A stretch of DNA of 33,240 nucleotides from Spirochaetales bacterium (GTDB taxonomy: Bacteria > Spirochaetota > Spirochaetia > DSM-27196 > SLAA01), in assembly GCA_007126415.1 (NCBI GenBank), contig SLBH01000308.1, forward strand, positions 1 to 33,240, read 5' to 3'. The notes under the pieces are model-generated. The model was not told where the DNA came from and did not search any database. It worked only from the letters and a program-made list of their open reading frames with translations. Made by a program: the position numbers and the translations under genes. Of the stretch, positions 23,078 to 32,183 are shown piece after piece. Each line of letters begins with the position of its first letter. Within the stretch, counting starts at the first letter, position 1.

Positions 23078-23950
23078 ATGCCGTGGTACAGCGCCGGAAC
23101 CGCCGACCTCGATCGCGTGCTCGCGTTCTTGCTGTCACAAGAGTGGAGCTGCGTTGGGTTCACCTCACAGCTGCGCGACGGCCGGCGCGCGCGCCTGCCG
23201 AACCGCCGCGCCGCGGTGGTACATTTCTACACCGAGCGAGACCTCGTTGATCCGATTTGCGCGGCGGTTCTGGAAACGACACACGGCTTCTGTTACCCTG
23301 TCCTCGCAGGGTTGAGTTCCCGGCAGCGCGAGCCGGTAGTCCGCGAGCTCGCGCCCCGGCTCGAGACCGCGTTAGGGCGCTATCCCACCTTTATGGGGCT
23401 CGCCGAGGATGTTGAGGCGCTCGAGCGAACGATTGGGCGGCCGCCTCGCCATCGCGTGGAGTATTACATGATGCAGGCTGTTGCCCCGCCCGGTTCGCGT
23501 CAACCACCGCGGCTGAGTCGCGAGCCGCTCGTGAGGGAGGCCGGACCGGCCGATACGCGACGGCTTCTGCCGCTACAAGCGAAATACGAGCGTGAGGAGG
23601 TCTTGTTGCCGAATCGCGCTCTGAATATGGAGGCCACCCGGAGGCAGCTCCGCAGCGACCTAAAACAACAGGTTGTGTATCTCGCAGAACTCAACGGTGT
23701 CCCGATCGCAAAGGCCGGAACAAACGCGCGGGGATTCCGCTACGATCAAATCGGAGGCGTGTTTACCGAGCCCGAGTACCGCGGTTGCGGCGTCGGCGGG
23801 CATCTCATGGAGATACTGATGCGTAGGGTGCGCCGGGAGGGCAAAGCCGTCTCGTTATTTGTGAAGACGCAGAATCACGCCGCGCGTCGCATGTACCGAA
23901 ATCTCGGGTTCACCGACGGCCGGTTCTTTGTTATCAGCTACTATCATTAA
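23078..23950 (+). CDS. GNAT-family N-acetyltransferase
   Basis: C-terminal acetyl-CoA motif A (TEPEYRGCGVGGHLMEILM....EGK.VSLFV...N..ARRMYRNLGF). The ATG is 7 nt after the GH3 stop. Confidence 0.8.
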   Translation: MPWYSAGTADLDRVLAFLLSQEWSCVGFTSQLRDGRRARLPNRRAAVVHFYTERDLVDPICAAVLETTHGFCYPVLAGLSSRQREPVVRELAPRLETALGRYPTFMGLAEDVEALERTIGRPPRHRVEYYMMQAVAPPGSRQPPRLSREPLVREAGPADTRRLLPLQAKYEREEVLLPNRALNMEATRRQLRSDLKQQVVYLAELNGVPIAKAGTNARGFRYDQIGGVFTEPEYRGCGVGGHLMEILMRRVRREGKAVSLFVKTQNHAARRMYRNLGFTDGRFFVISYYH

Positions 23951-23972
23951 CGCAATAGTACAGGGTTTGAAA

Positions 23973-25493
23973 ATGGCACACGGAATCGGAGCAACGTCGA
24001 CAAGCGCGCCCCCGCTGCGAATCATGATGGTTACCAGCGAAGCGGTACCGTTCGCGAAGGTCGGCGGTCTCGCCGATGTGGTTCCGGCGTTAGCGGCTAA
24101 GCTCGCCCGCCGCGGCCACGACGTCCGGATCGTGATGCCGCGCTACGCCGATGCGGCGAGGAACGGCGCCGCGCCTCTGTCCGGCGCTCTCGGAGTTCCT
24201 ATGGCACACGAGGAGTTCTGGACCGAGGTGCTCGAGAGTCGCCTCGAGAATGCGGGCTATCCGGTTACGGTTTACCTCGTTGAGCACCTCGAACTGTTCG
24301 GCAAAAGCGCAATATACGCGCGCCCCGGCGACGGCGGCTCAAACGAGGACCTGTTACGCTTCGCGGTACTCTCGCGAGCCGCGTTTCAGATCTGCCGCAA
24401 GCTGAACTGGAGCCCGGATATCATGCACGCACACGACTGGCCTACCGCACTCGTTCCCGTCTACCTTCGCACGGTGGAGACGAAGCCCCCGTTCACCGAA
24501 ACCGCCGGTGTGTTCAGCATTCACAACCTCGGATATCAAGGCGTCTTTGAGCTCGGTCAGCTCCATCGCCTCGCGCTGGACACCGGCGATCGCGGCCGCG
24601 AGGCGCTCGAGTTTTACGGCAGAATCAACTCGCTCAAAGGCGGCATTCTCTGCGCCGATATGGTCACGACGGTCTCGCCGAGTTACGCTGAAGAGATACA
24701 GCAGCCCGAGTTTGGGTTCGGTCTCGACGGAGTGCTGCGTTCACGCTCGAACGAACTGTACGGAATCCTGAACGGTATCGACAAGGAGCTCTGGGATCCG
24801 TCGACCGATCCACTACTGCCCGCAAACTTCAATGCCGATGACCTCTCGGGCAAGCTCGCGTGCAAGACCGCGCTACAGCAGCGTTTTGAGTTCCCGGCTA
24901 ACCCCAAAACACCTCTGGTCGGCATGATTGCGCGGTTGGTCGACCAAAAGGGGCTCGCTGAGCTGCTCGAGCCGCACTACGGCTGCCTGCCCGGAGTCCT
25001 CGCCGAGCCGGATGTACAGATGGTGGTTCTCGGGACCGGAGATCCACGACATGAGCAACGCCTCCAGGAGCTCGCGCAGCGATATCCGAACCTCGCCTAC
25101 GAAAGCGCATTCGACGAGCCGCTTGCACATCTCATCGAAGCCGGGAGCGATTTTTTCCTGATGCCTTCTCGCTACGAGCCGTGCGGATTGAACCAGATGT
25201 ACAGCCTGCGATACGGCAGCATCCCGGTCGCAACTCACACCGGAGGCCTTCGCGACACGGTCATAGATGCCGACGATCCCTCCGGTGAGGGCACCGGCTT
25301 CCTGTTCGCAAGCAGTACCCCGACCGAGATCTACCACGCGGTGGAACGCGCGGTGCGGGTGTACCGCACGCAACCACAACGGTTCGCCGAGATGCGCTTG
25401 CGCGGCATGCGCACCGAGTTTGGATGGGATCGGGCGGCGCAGAGCTACGAACAGCTCTATATGCGCGCGCTGCAGCGCCGCATGCGACACTAG
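23973..25493 (+). CDS. glgA: Glycogen synthase GlgA
   Basis: IMMVTSEAVPFAKVGGLADVV (the KVGGL motif), HAHDWPTAL, PSRYEPCGLNQMYSLRYG. ATG 23973 is preferred over the track start 23928, which overlaps the GNAT gene. Confidence 0.9.
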   Translation: MAHGIGATSTSAPPLRIMMVTSEAVPFAKVGGLADVVPALAAKLARRGHDVRIVMPRYADAARNGAAPLSGALGVPMAHEEFWTEVLESRLENAGYPVTVYLVEHLELFGKSAIYARPGDGGSNEDLLRFAVLSRAAFQICRKLNWSPDIMHAHDWPTALVPVYLRTVETKPPFTETAGVFSIHNLGYQGVFELGQLHRLALDTGDRGREALEFYGRINSLKGGILCADMVTTVSPSYAEEIQQPEFGFGLDGVLRSRSNELYGILNGIDKELWDPSTDPLLPANFNADDLSGKLACKTALQQRFEFPANPKTPLVGMIARLVDQKGLAELLEPHYGCLPGVLAEPDVQMVVLGTGDPRHEQRLQELAQRYPNLAYESAFDEPLAHLIEAGSDFFLMPSRYEPCGLNQMYSLRYGSIPVATHTGGLRDTVIDADDPSGEGTGFLFASSTPTEIYHAVERAVRVYRTQPQRFAEMRLRGMRTEFGWDRAAQSYEQLYMRALQRRMRH

Positions 25494-25549
25494 ACCGTGC
25501 GCCAGTTCGTCGATTAATCTATCTCGTCGTGTAACCTGCGCGGTGCAAG

Positions 25550-26794
25550 TCAGTCGGCCGCACGCGCGAGCTTACGTCGTAGGCGCGCGCCCCGGTGCTC
25601 AAGCTCCGCGCGCAGCGCGCGCGAACAGCGCGCCGAGTCTGCCGACTCAACCAGCTCGAGCGCCTCGCCGACGGCACCGCGCTGATGCTCGAGAATCTTG
25701 GCGAGCTCAACCGCGAGGCGCGGATCACAGCTTGCGTTCACAGCTGAGCGATAGAGCGCTTCGGCATCGCTGTAGCGGCCGGCGCGCTTCCACTCAGCCC
25801 CCAGCACCAGCGCAGCGCGGGCGAGTTCTTCCGAGTTTGCCCCGCCTTCGGACAGGAGCGTCGATAGGAGGCGCTCGGCGTTGCGCCGCAACGCGACGGT
25901 CCCGCCCTCGTCGGCCGCCGCATCGAGCCTGTCGGCCGACGACCGACGTAGCATCCAGAGCGCCGCTTGAAGCGTATCAAAGCGGGGGCGCCCACGCTCG
26001 AGACATCCGAGCGGATCGCTGAAAACCTCGTGTATCGTAAGCAGTAGAGCGCTGAGGCTCAGGATATCGTGGTAGTGGTGCGCGACCACCGGTGCGAGTA
26101 GCGCGGGATCACGGCGGTCGAGAAACTCGAAGTAGCGCTCCGGAACCTCGAAGCTCGGCAGGTCGTCTTCGCGCTCGATCTCGAGCACCTGCCGCTCGAG
26201 CTCGGAGAGGCCACAGCTCGGCAGCAGACTCCGCCACAACCGGCGCGCCGGGTAGAGCAAGTCGAGGTGGTATCGCAAGACATGCTGACGGCGGTGCATC
26301 AAGAAGCGTGTCTTGAGCTGATGGGCGTCGAAGGCCTTGCCGTTATACGAGACATACAACGCATCCTGCGGAAACCGTTCCGCGATCAACTCCAGAAACG
26401 CCGACTCGGCACCGTACTCGGTCAAGAGCCACTGCTCGAGTACGAGTTCGCGCTCCTCGAGAAACGCCACTCCGGCGAGAAACACCTTGGTACCGGCACC
26501 ACCGCTCAATCCGGTGGTCTCGAGGTCGAAGAAGCGCAGGTTCTCGCGACCGAATCCGCTCGGCAGGAGCGGAGAGCCGCGCTCGAGCAGCTCGGCGAGT
26601 TTAGGCGCCGGCTCCCGTACAACCCGGAAACACACACCGGCCTCCGCCGCTACGAAGCCGGAAAGGCCCGGAGCCTGCCCACCGCCGGGCCCTGCGCCTC
26701 TCGGGCTACGCGACGCGCCGGCGCGTTCCCCACCCGCCGCGCCGCCGCGTATCCGCTTGAGAAGCTCGAGCCTTTGGTAGAGGTCCGCGCTCAT
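25550..26794 (-). CDS. YprB/MrfB-like RNase H-fold (DEDD-type) exonuclease with C-terminal TPR-like tail
   Basis: LRFFDLETTGLSGGAGTKVFLAGV, VSYNGKAFD and HHYHDILSL match the YprB-type exonuclease layout. The C-terminal 130 aa are helical-repeat. The ATG at 26794 forms an ATGA overlap with the helicase stop. The track start at 26935 would overlap the helicase by 145 nt. Confidence 0.8.
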   Translation of the reverse strand: MSADLYQRLELLKRIRGGAAGGERAGASRSPRGAGPGGGQAPGLSGFVAAEAGVCFRVVREPAPKLAELLERGSPLLPSGFGRENLRFFDLETTGLSGGAGTKVFLAGVAFLEERELVLEQWLLTEYGAESAFLELIAERFPQDALYVSYNGKAFDAHQLKTRFLMHRRQHVLRYHLDLLYPARRLWRSLLPSCGLSELERQVLEIEREDDLPSFEVPERYFEFLDRRDPALLAPVVAHHYHDILSLSALLLTIHEVFSDPLGCLERGRPRFDTLQAALWMLRRSSADRLDAAADEGGTVALRRNAERLLSTLLSEGGANSEELARAALVLGAEWKRAGRYSDAEALYRSAVNASCDPRLAVELAKILEHQRGAVGEALELVESADSARCSRALRAELEHRGARLRRKLARAAD

Positions 26795-29118
26795 TGGAGC
26801 GCTTGTTCCGCCGCCGCGGTTGCGGCGGCGCCGAGCCACCCCGAAAGGAACGCGATCACCGCTTCCTTCGGATTGCCGTCGACCTCTTCCTGCGGGTCGC
26901 GCGGGCCCACGCACGACGGGCAGCCCTCGCCACAATCACACGAGCGCACCAGCGAGAGCGCCGCCTGCAGAATGGTGTCCAGCTTGTAACCGAACGCCTC
27001 GGCGAGCCCGATACCGCCGGGATATCCGTCGTAGATATAGAGGCACGGCCTGCCGAAATGCGGATCTCGCAGCCGCTCGGCCGCCCGCAGATCCGAGCTC
27101 TCGCACAACAGAAACACCGGAGCGACGTTCTTCGCCAACGCGCCGATGCGCACCACCGCCGGTACGCGCATCGCCGGGTCGAGCTCTTGCAGCGCGTCTC
27201 CGGCGCGCGAGCCACGCTCGAACACGATCGCCAACGCGCGCGTGTGCATCTCTTCCTCCGGCACCGCAACCTCACCGTAGCCCACGTTCTCGTGCGACTG
27301 AAAGCGGATCTTCTTGAACTTCGCGACCTGCGTGCGCACCAGGATATCTCCGAGAACAAGCCGTGCGCCTCCGGCGTCAAAGCTTTCGTCTTCATGCAGC
27401 ACCTTGATATCGCGCTTCACGAGTGCCTCGGTGTAGTAGTTCACCTCGGTGCGCTCAACCACGCACTTGCGGTTCTCGAGATCGAGCTGCGTAACGACGT
27501 ACTGTTCGCCGCGGTGCAGATAGATTGCGTTGTCGAACAGGACCTCTTTGGCCGACGGGCGGTCGGTCTCGCCGATTACGCTGTGCTCGCCGTTTGTGGT
27601 GTCGACGATCACGACGTTGTCGGAGGTTGCGCTGCGAAGGCTTACGCCCTCGGCCGGGTACGAGCGGTCGGACCAGTGGTAGGCTCCTCCGCTGAACCGG
27701 ACCGTGCCCTGTTCCTCGAGGTGCTGCAGGTAGATCTCGCTCTGCGGTGCAAACTGCTCCTCCGGTTGCATCGGCAACTCGAACGCCGCGCAGCGCAGGT
27801 GAGACATGAGAATGTGCAGGTTATCGGGGTCTACGAAGCCCTGCTCCGGCGGGCGGCCAAGAAAGTACTCGGGGTGCTTCACCATGTACTGATCGAGCGG
27901 GGCCGAGGACGCGACCATAACGGCAACCGAGAGGTTTTGCGTCCGCCCTGCGCGCCCGGCCTGTTGCCATGACGATGAGATCGAACCTGGGAACCCCGCC
28001 ATCACGGCGGCGTCGAGACCGCCGATATCTATGCCGAGCTCGAGCGCGTTGGTAGAGACCACACCCTGCACCGTACCGTCGCGAAGCCCGGCCTCGATCG
28101 CACGCCGTTCGCTCGGCAGGTACCCGCCTCGGTACGCCTCTACCCGGATGCGCCCGTCGTCGGTGTAGACGTTTGCAAGGCTTTTACGAATATAGTCTGC
28201 GATCAACTCGGTTCGCAGACGCGATCGCGCAAACACAATCGTCTTGACCCCGGCCTTCAAGAACCGCAGCGCCAAGGAGCGCGCCTCCTGCACCACCCCG
28301 CGCCGAATTCCCTGAACGCGGTCTACGAAGGGAGGATTGTAGAGAATGAGTTGCTTAGCGCCCGCCGGCGCGCCGTTGTTGTCGATCAACTCTACCGGGC
28401 GCTCCACGATGCGCTCGGCGAGCTCGCGTGGATTGCCGATAGTAGCGGAGCAACAGATGAAGGTGGGGTCGGCACCGTAGAACTGCGCTACGCGCCGCAG
28501 CCGCCGTACCACGTTGGTCATGTGCGAACCGAACACCCCGCGATAGGTGTGTATCTCGTCTATCACCACGAACGCGAGGTTACCGAGAAACTTGATCCAT
28601 TTCGGGTGATTGGGGAGAATGCCGGCGTGCAGCATATCGGGGTTTGAGATGATGATTCGCCCGGTATCTCGCGCCGCGGCACGTACCGAGTCGGGTGTGT
28701 CGCCGTCGTAGGTGGCGACCTTGATGCCGAGTTCGCCGCTCTCCACCGATAGATTCAACGCCGCCTGCTGATCCTGGCTCAGTGCCTTGGTAGGAAACAG
28801 GTACAGCGCGCGCGCTTCGGGGGCGCTCAGGAGTTCCTGCAGCACCGGTAAGTTGTAGCTCAGCGTCTTGCCCGACGCTGTGGGGGTAACAACCACCACG
28901 TCGCGCCCGGAGCGCACCGCGCGATAGCTCTCGGCCTGGTGGCTGTAGAGTTGCTCGACTCCGGCGCTAACAAGCGCGCCGCGGAGCTTTGGATGCAGAT
29001 CTGCCGGAAGGTCGGCGTAACGGCCTTCACGCGCCGGTATTTCTTCCCAGCGGGTGACGTTCCCGGTGAACACCGGGTCGTTGCGTAGCTCGGTAAGCAC
29101 GCGCTCGATCACACTCAT
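26791..29118 (-). CDS. YprA/MrfA-like DExH-box helicase with C-terminal DUF1998-type Cys4 domain
   Basis: Motif I VVVTPTASGKTLSYNLP, motif II VIDEIHTYRGVFGSH, motif III CSATIGNP, motif VI QQAGRAGR, and C-terminal CDCGEGCPSC. ATG 29118 (MSVIERVL...) has GGAGAG 4 nt upstream and is preferred to the track start at 29187. Confidence 0.85.
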   Translation of the reverse strand: MSVIERVLTELRNDPVFTGNVTRWEEIPAREGRYADLPADLHPKLRGALVSAGVEQLYSHQAESYRAVRSGRDVVVVTPTASGKTLSYNLPVLQELLSAPEARALYLFPTKALSQDQQAALNLSVESGELGIKVATYDGDTPDSVRAAARDTGRIIISNPDMLHAGILPNHPKWIKFLGNLAFVVIDEIHTYRGVFGSHMTNVVRRLRRVAQFYGADPTFICCSATIGNPRELAERIVERPVELIDNNGAPAGAKQLILYNPPFVDRVQGIRRGVVQEARSLALRFLKAGVKTIVFARSRLRTELIADYIRKSLANVYTDDGRIRVEAYRGGYLPSERRAIEAGLRDGTVQGVVSTNALELGIDIGGLDAAVMAGFPGSISSSWQQAGRAGRTQNLSVAVMVASSAPLDQYMVKHPEYFLGRPPEQGFVDPDNLHILMSHLRCAAFELPMQPEEQFAPQSEIYLQHLEEQGTVRFSGGAYHWSDRSYPAEGVSLRSATSDNVVIVDTTNGEHSVIGETDRPSAKEVLFDNAIYLHRGEQYVVTQLDLENRKCVVERTEVNYYTEALVKRDIKVLHEDESFDAGGARLVLGDILVRTQVAKFKKIRFQSHENVGYGEVAVPEEEMHTRALAIVFERGSRAGDALQELDPAMRVPAVVRIGALAKNVAPVFLLCESSDLRAAERLRDPHFGRPCLYIYDGYPGGIGLAEAFGYKLDTILQAALSLVRSCDCGEGCPSCVGPRDPQEEVDGNPKEAVIAFLSGWLGAAATAAAEQALQ

Positions 29119-29191
29119 AAGCTCTCCGGCACCGATGGTAGCATGTTTTGCGCAGAAAGCGGAATATCGATCTGCCGCGATCGGCATTCGC

Positions 29192-29221
29192 TTGACGGCA
29201 GCAGGAATTGGCGCCTAGAAT
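29192..29221 (+). promoter_or_regulatory. Putative sigma70 promoter of glgC (TTGACG-18-TAGAAT)
   Basis: TTGACG at 29192-29197, an 18-nt spacer, then TAGAAT at 29216-29221. AAGAGGA RBS at 29235-29241 and ATG at 29248. Confidence 0.55.
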
Positions 29222-29247
29222 GCACCAACTACTCAAGAGGATGAACC

Positions 29248-30531
29248 ATGAATAACGTATTATCAATTGTGATGGGCGGAGGTAAAGGCACCCGGCTATA
29301 TCCCCTAACCGCTGAGCGCGCAAAGCCGGCGGTGCCGTTCGGCGCAAAGTATCGCATCGTCGATATTCCGCTTTCAAACAGCATCAACTCGGGGTTTAAG
29401 AAGATCTACGTCTTGACGCAGTTCAACTCAGCCTCGCTTCATCTACACATCCTCAACACTTACATCTTCGATTCCTTCTCTCGGGGGTTCGTCGAGATAC
29501 TCGCCGCGGAGCAGACCTTTGAGCATAGCGGCTGGTACGAAGGCACCGCCGACGCGGTACGCAAGAACCTCGTGCATTTCCGCACACAGGAGCCGTCGCA
29601 CTACCTCATTCTCTCGGGCGATCAGCTCTACCGTATGGATCTCGCCGAGTTCTATCGCAGTCACGTTGAGAGCGACGCCGAGATCACGGTTGCCGCTACC
29701 CCGGTAACCCGCGAGCAGGCAACCGGGTTCGGTATTCTCGTTGCCGATTCCAAATCTCGCGTCACCGAGTTCGTTGAGAAGCCGCCGATCGAGCGAGACA
29801 TCTCGCATCTGCAGATTCCGTCCGAGATTCACCCCGACCCGGCGCTCAAGTCCGCCGGCAAGGAGTACTTGGGCTCGATGGGCATCTATTGCTTCAATGC
29901 CTCGGCGCTTGAGCGTGCGCTCGACAACAACCTAGACGACTTCGGCAAAGAGATTCTCCCGATGCTGATCGGGAAGGTGCAGATCAATACCCATATCTTC
30001 ACCGGGTTCTGGGAAGACATCGGAACAATCCGCTCGTTCTACGACACCAACCTCAACTTGACCTCGATCTCGCCGGATTTCAACTTCTACGACGAAGACA
30101 TGCCGATCTACACACATCGGCGCGACCTACCCGCTACCAAGGTCAACCGGTGCACCATGTCGGAGAGCATTACCGCCGACGGTTCCATCATTACCGACGC
30201 CACGCTGCACCGTTCAATCATCGGCGTGCGCTCCACCATCAACAAAGGGGCGTCGCTCGACGGGGTGATCTGCATGGGTGCCGACTACTACGAAAGCGCC
30301 GAAACACGTGCGGAGAACGCGGCAAACGGTGTGCCGGATATCGGTGTCGGCGAAGGAAGTCGCATCGCGCATACCATCATCGACAAGAACGCCCGCATCG
30401 GGGCGAACTGCCGCATTGGGCTAGATGATCCAAACCCGCCCGACGGCGACTACCCAACGCACTACGCCCGCGACGGTATCATCATCATTCCGAAGAACGG
30501 TGTAGTTCCACCCGGGACGGTGATCCCGTAG
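29248..30531 (+). CDS. glgC: Glucose-1-phosphate adenylyltransferase GlgC
   Basis: SIVMGGGKGTRLYPLTAERAKPAVPFGAKYRIVDIPLSN, YVLTQFNSASL and FWEDIGTIRSFY are canonical GlgC blocks. Confidence 0.95.
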   Translation: MNNVLSIVMGGGKGTRLYPLTAERAKPAVPFGAKYRIVDIPLSNSINSGFKKIYVLTQFNSASLHLHILNTYIFDSFSRGFVEILAAEQTFEHSGWYEGTADAVRKNLVHFRTQEPSHYLILSGDQLYRMDLAEFYRSHVESDAEITVAATPVTREQATGFGILVADSKSRVTEFVEKPPIERDISHLQIPSEIHPDPALKSAGKEYLGSMGIYCFNASALERALDNNLDDFGKEILPMLIGKVQINTHIFTGFWEDIGTIRSFYDTNLNLTSISPDFNFYDEDMPIYTHRRDLPATKVNRCTMSESITADGSIITDATLHRSIIGVRSTINKGASLDGVICMGADYYESAETRAENAANGVPDIGVGEGSRIAHTIIDKNARIGANCRIGLDDPNPPDGDYPTHYARDGIIIIPKNGVVPPGTVIP

Positions 30532-30919
30532 GGGGCATCCCGGACAGCAAATCCGGAAGCAGGCGCCGGTCGGACTCGGCGAGGTCGTACGCCGCCAGGC
30601 CGTTGGGGTCAACCCACTCTACTCGCTCGTGCTCACGGAGCTGCAGTCGGTGTGAGAGAAGTGTAACCGCGTAGGCCTCGAGCAGAAACGGAACACCCTT
30701 GTGCGCGAACTCCGCCGCGGCAAGGCGGGGCCCCACCGCAATATCGACCGCGAGCTCCTCTCGGAACTCACGCTGCAGCCCGGTCTCAACCGCCTCGCCG
30801 CACTCCAACTTCCCGCCCGGGAACTCCCATTTGCGACTAAGACTTCCTCCGGCCTTGCGCTTGCCGATCAAGACTCGGCCTTGATCGTCAACCGCAACAC
30901 CGGCTACCGACCGCTGCAT
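30485..30919 (-). CDS. NUDIX hydrolase (MutT-like)
   Basis: Nudix box GGKLECGEAVETGLQREFREELAV (GX5EX7REUXEEXGU). ATG 30919 (MQRSVAGVAV...) is preferred to the track start at 30997, which overlaps the upstream gene. Confidence 0.85.
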   Translation of the reverse strand: MQRSVAGVAVDDQGRVLIGKRKAGGSLSRKWEFPGGKLECGEAVETGLQREFREELAVDIAVGPRLAAAEFAHKGVPFLLEAYAVTLLSHRLQLREHERVEWVDPNGLAAYDLAESDRRLLPDLLSGMPPTGSPSRVELHRSSE

Positions 30920-30947
30920 AGACCTAACTCCATCTCTGCAGAACTCG

Positions 30948-31358
30948 CTACAGAAAAAGGATGCGCGGGAAGAGAAAGTGCACGAGCGCAACCACAATAC
31001 CTACGATGCCGACCGCCGTCTTGTTCGCGACGAACACCTTCTCGAGCGTTACTACCGCGTCGGGAACCACGTCGGCACGACTGCGGTAGAACTGTACCAA
31101 CAGAGTCATACCCATCATGAGCCCGGCGATTGCAGGCAGCAGATCGCCGATGACCGGCATCTCGGCCACTCCAGAGAGGAGCTTGAGGAACCCTACAATG
31201 AAGCTCACCGACCCCAGCCCGAACCAGAACCTCGGCTGCTCAAATAATTCGCCGTTGAGTGCGCTGCTCAAAGGCAGGCGCGTATCGAGAAACCCGTACG
31301 CCAGGGTGATACCGGCAAGTAGGTTAACGACAACCGATACTAAGTAAATCTGGATCAT
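30948..31358 (-). CDS. Small integral membrane protein (4 predicted TM helices), function unknown
   Basis: 136 aa and hydrophobic (IYLVSVVVNLLAGITLAYGF, FGLGSVSFIVGFLKLL, LLPAIAGLMMGMTLLV, AVGIVGIVVALVHFLF). Strong RBS GAGGAGAGG 3 nt upstream of the ATG. Confidence 0.75.
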   Translation of the reverse strand: MIQIYLVSVVVNLLAGITLAYGFLDTRLPLSSALNGELFEQPRFWFGLGSVSFIVGFLKLLSGVAEMPVIGDLLPAIAGLMMGMTLLVQFYRSRADVVPDAVVTLEKVFVANKTAVGIVGIVVALVHFLFPRILFL

Positions 31359-31408
31359 AGCCTCTCCTCGTTTTCGTTCGCTTGTCTTGTTGCGACGTTC
31401 AGTTTAAG

Positions 31409-31436
31409 AGTATCGTAGCATCCGGTGAGCGGTCAA
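31409..31436 (-). promoter_or_regulatory. Weak candidate sigma70 promoter (TTGACC-16-GATACT) for the membrane-protein/NUDIX pair
   Basis: The reverse strand reads TTGACC (31436-31431), a 16-nt spacer, then GATACT (31414-31409). It lies about 50 nt upstream of the ATG at 31358. Confidence 0.3.
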
Positions 31437-31586
31437 CTGAAAGCGAGAAGCGCGCCGGAAGCGCGTTAGGATGGCGCTCGGCTGTGCCGGGTGGTGCGCT
31501 GGGCGGTACGTGGCGCCGCGGTGCCGGGCGGTTGGGCGGTGCTGGAAACGCGGCAGCCGCATCTAAGCTCGCGCGCGCCTGCGCCG

Positions 31587-32183
31587 TCATCGCGGTAGGC
31601 GCGTTGAGAGAGTGACTTCTTGCTCGTCCATAATCACGCGCGCAGTGACGGTATCGGAAGCCACCGCGTCACGGGCGAGGCGCTCTTCGTGAATTCTCGG
31701 CCGCTCTCCGGTGGGAAGAAGATCGACGAAGCCCACGAGCTCGGGCTGCTCGGGATCGGCAGGAACCCGAACCTCGAAGATTCCGGAACGCGCAGTATCG
31801 GGGCGCTCCTCGCGCGCATCGGCTTCAGACCGCCGCACGACGCGCATGCGCAGCACGAGCTCATCTTGATCCGCAACCGCCTGCAGCTCGAACTCGTAGC
31901 CTCCAAGGACCTCTTTGTGCGGCTCGGGCATCAGAAAGCTGCGGAACACCACAAACACCACCGCGATGATCATGAGATCAAACAGCAGAATTACGGTGCC
32001 GCGGTGTCTCGAGAAGAACGACCCCGGCTTATCAGGGACTCTGCGCCCGGCACGCGCCTCGCGCTCCTCGCGACTGTAGTTGAAGCGATAACGCGCATCG
32101 TAGGACTCGCGGCCGGCGCCCCTGCGGTGCGCGTCGTCGGAGGCGCCGTGAATCTCGAACCCGCGACGCTTACTCATCTCCAC
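31587..32183 (-). CDS. Hypothetical single-pass membrane protein with Arg-rich cytoplasmic N-terminus
   Basis: 198-aa ORF with one TM (TVILLFDLMIIAVVFVVF). The start is GTG 32183 or ATG 32177; the ATGAGTAA arrangement overlaps the nnr stop. I recognise no family. Confidence 0.65.
   Translation of the reverse strand: MEMSKRRGFEIHGASDDAHRRGAGRESYDARYRFNYSREEREARAGRRVPDKPGSFFSRHRGTVILLFDLMIIAVVFVVFRSFLMPEPHKEVLGGYEFELQAVADQDELVLRMRVVRRSEADAREERPDTARSGIFEVRVPADPEQPELVGFVDLLPTGERPRIHEERLARDAVASDTVTARVIMDEQEVTLSTRLPR

Noticed and set aside
25494-29247. Target-site duplications or flanking repeats marking the helicase/exonuclease pair as a mobile insertion
   Set aside because: The two flanking intergenic segments (25494-25549 and 29188-29247) share no direct or inverted repeat that I could find. 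The insertion idea therefore rests only on gene order.
31489-31536. G-quadruplex from four GGG runs on the plus strand
   Set aside because: The loops between the G-runs are 9, 22 and 5 nt, so the middle loop is too long for a canonical G4.
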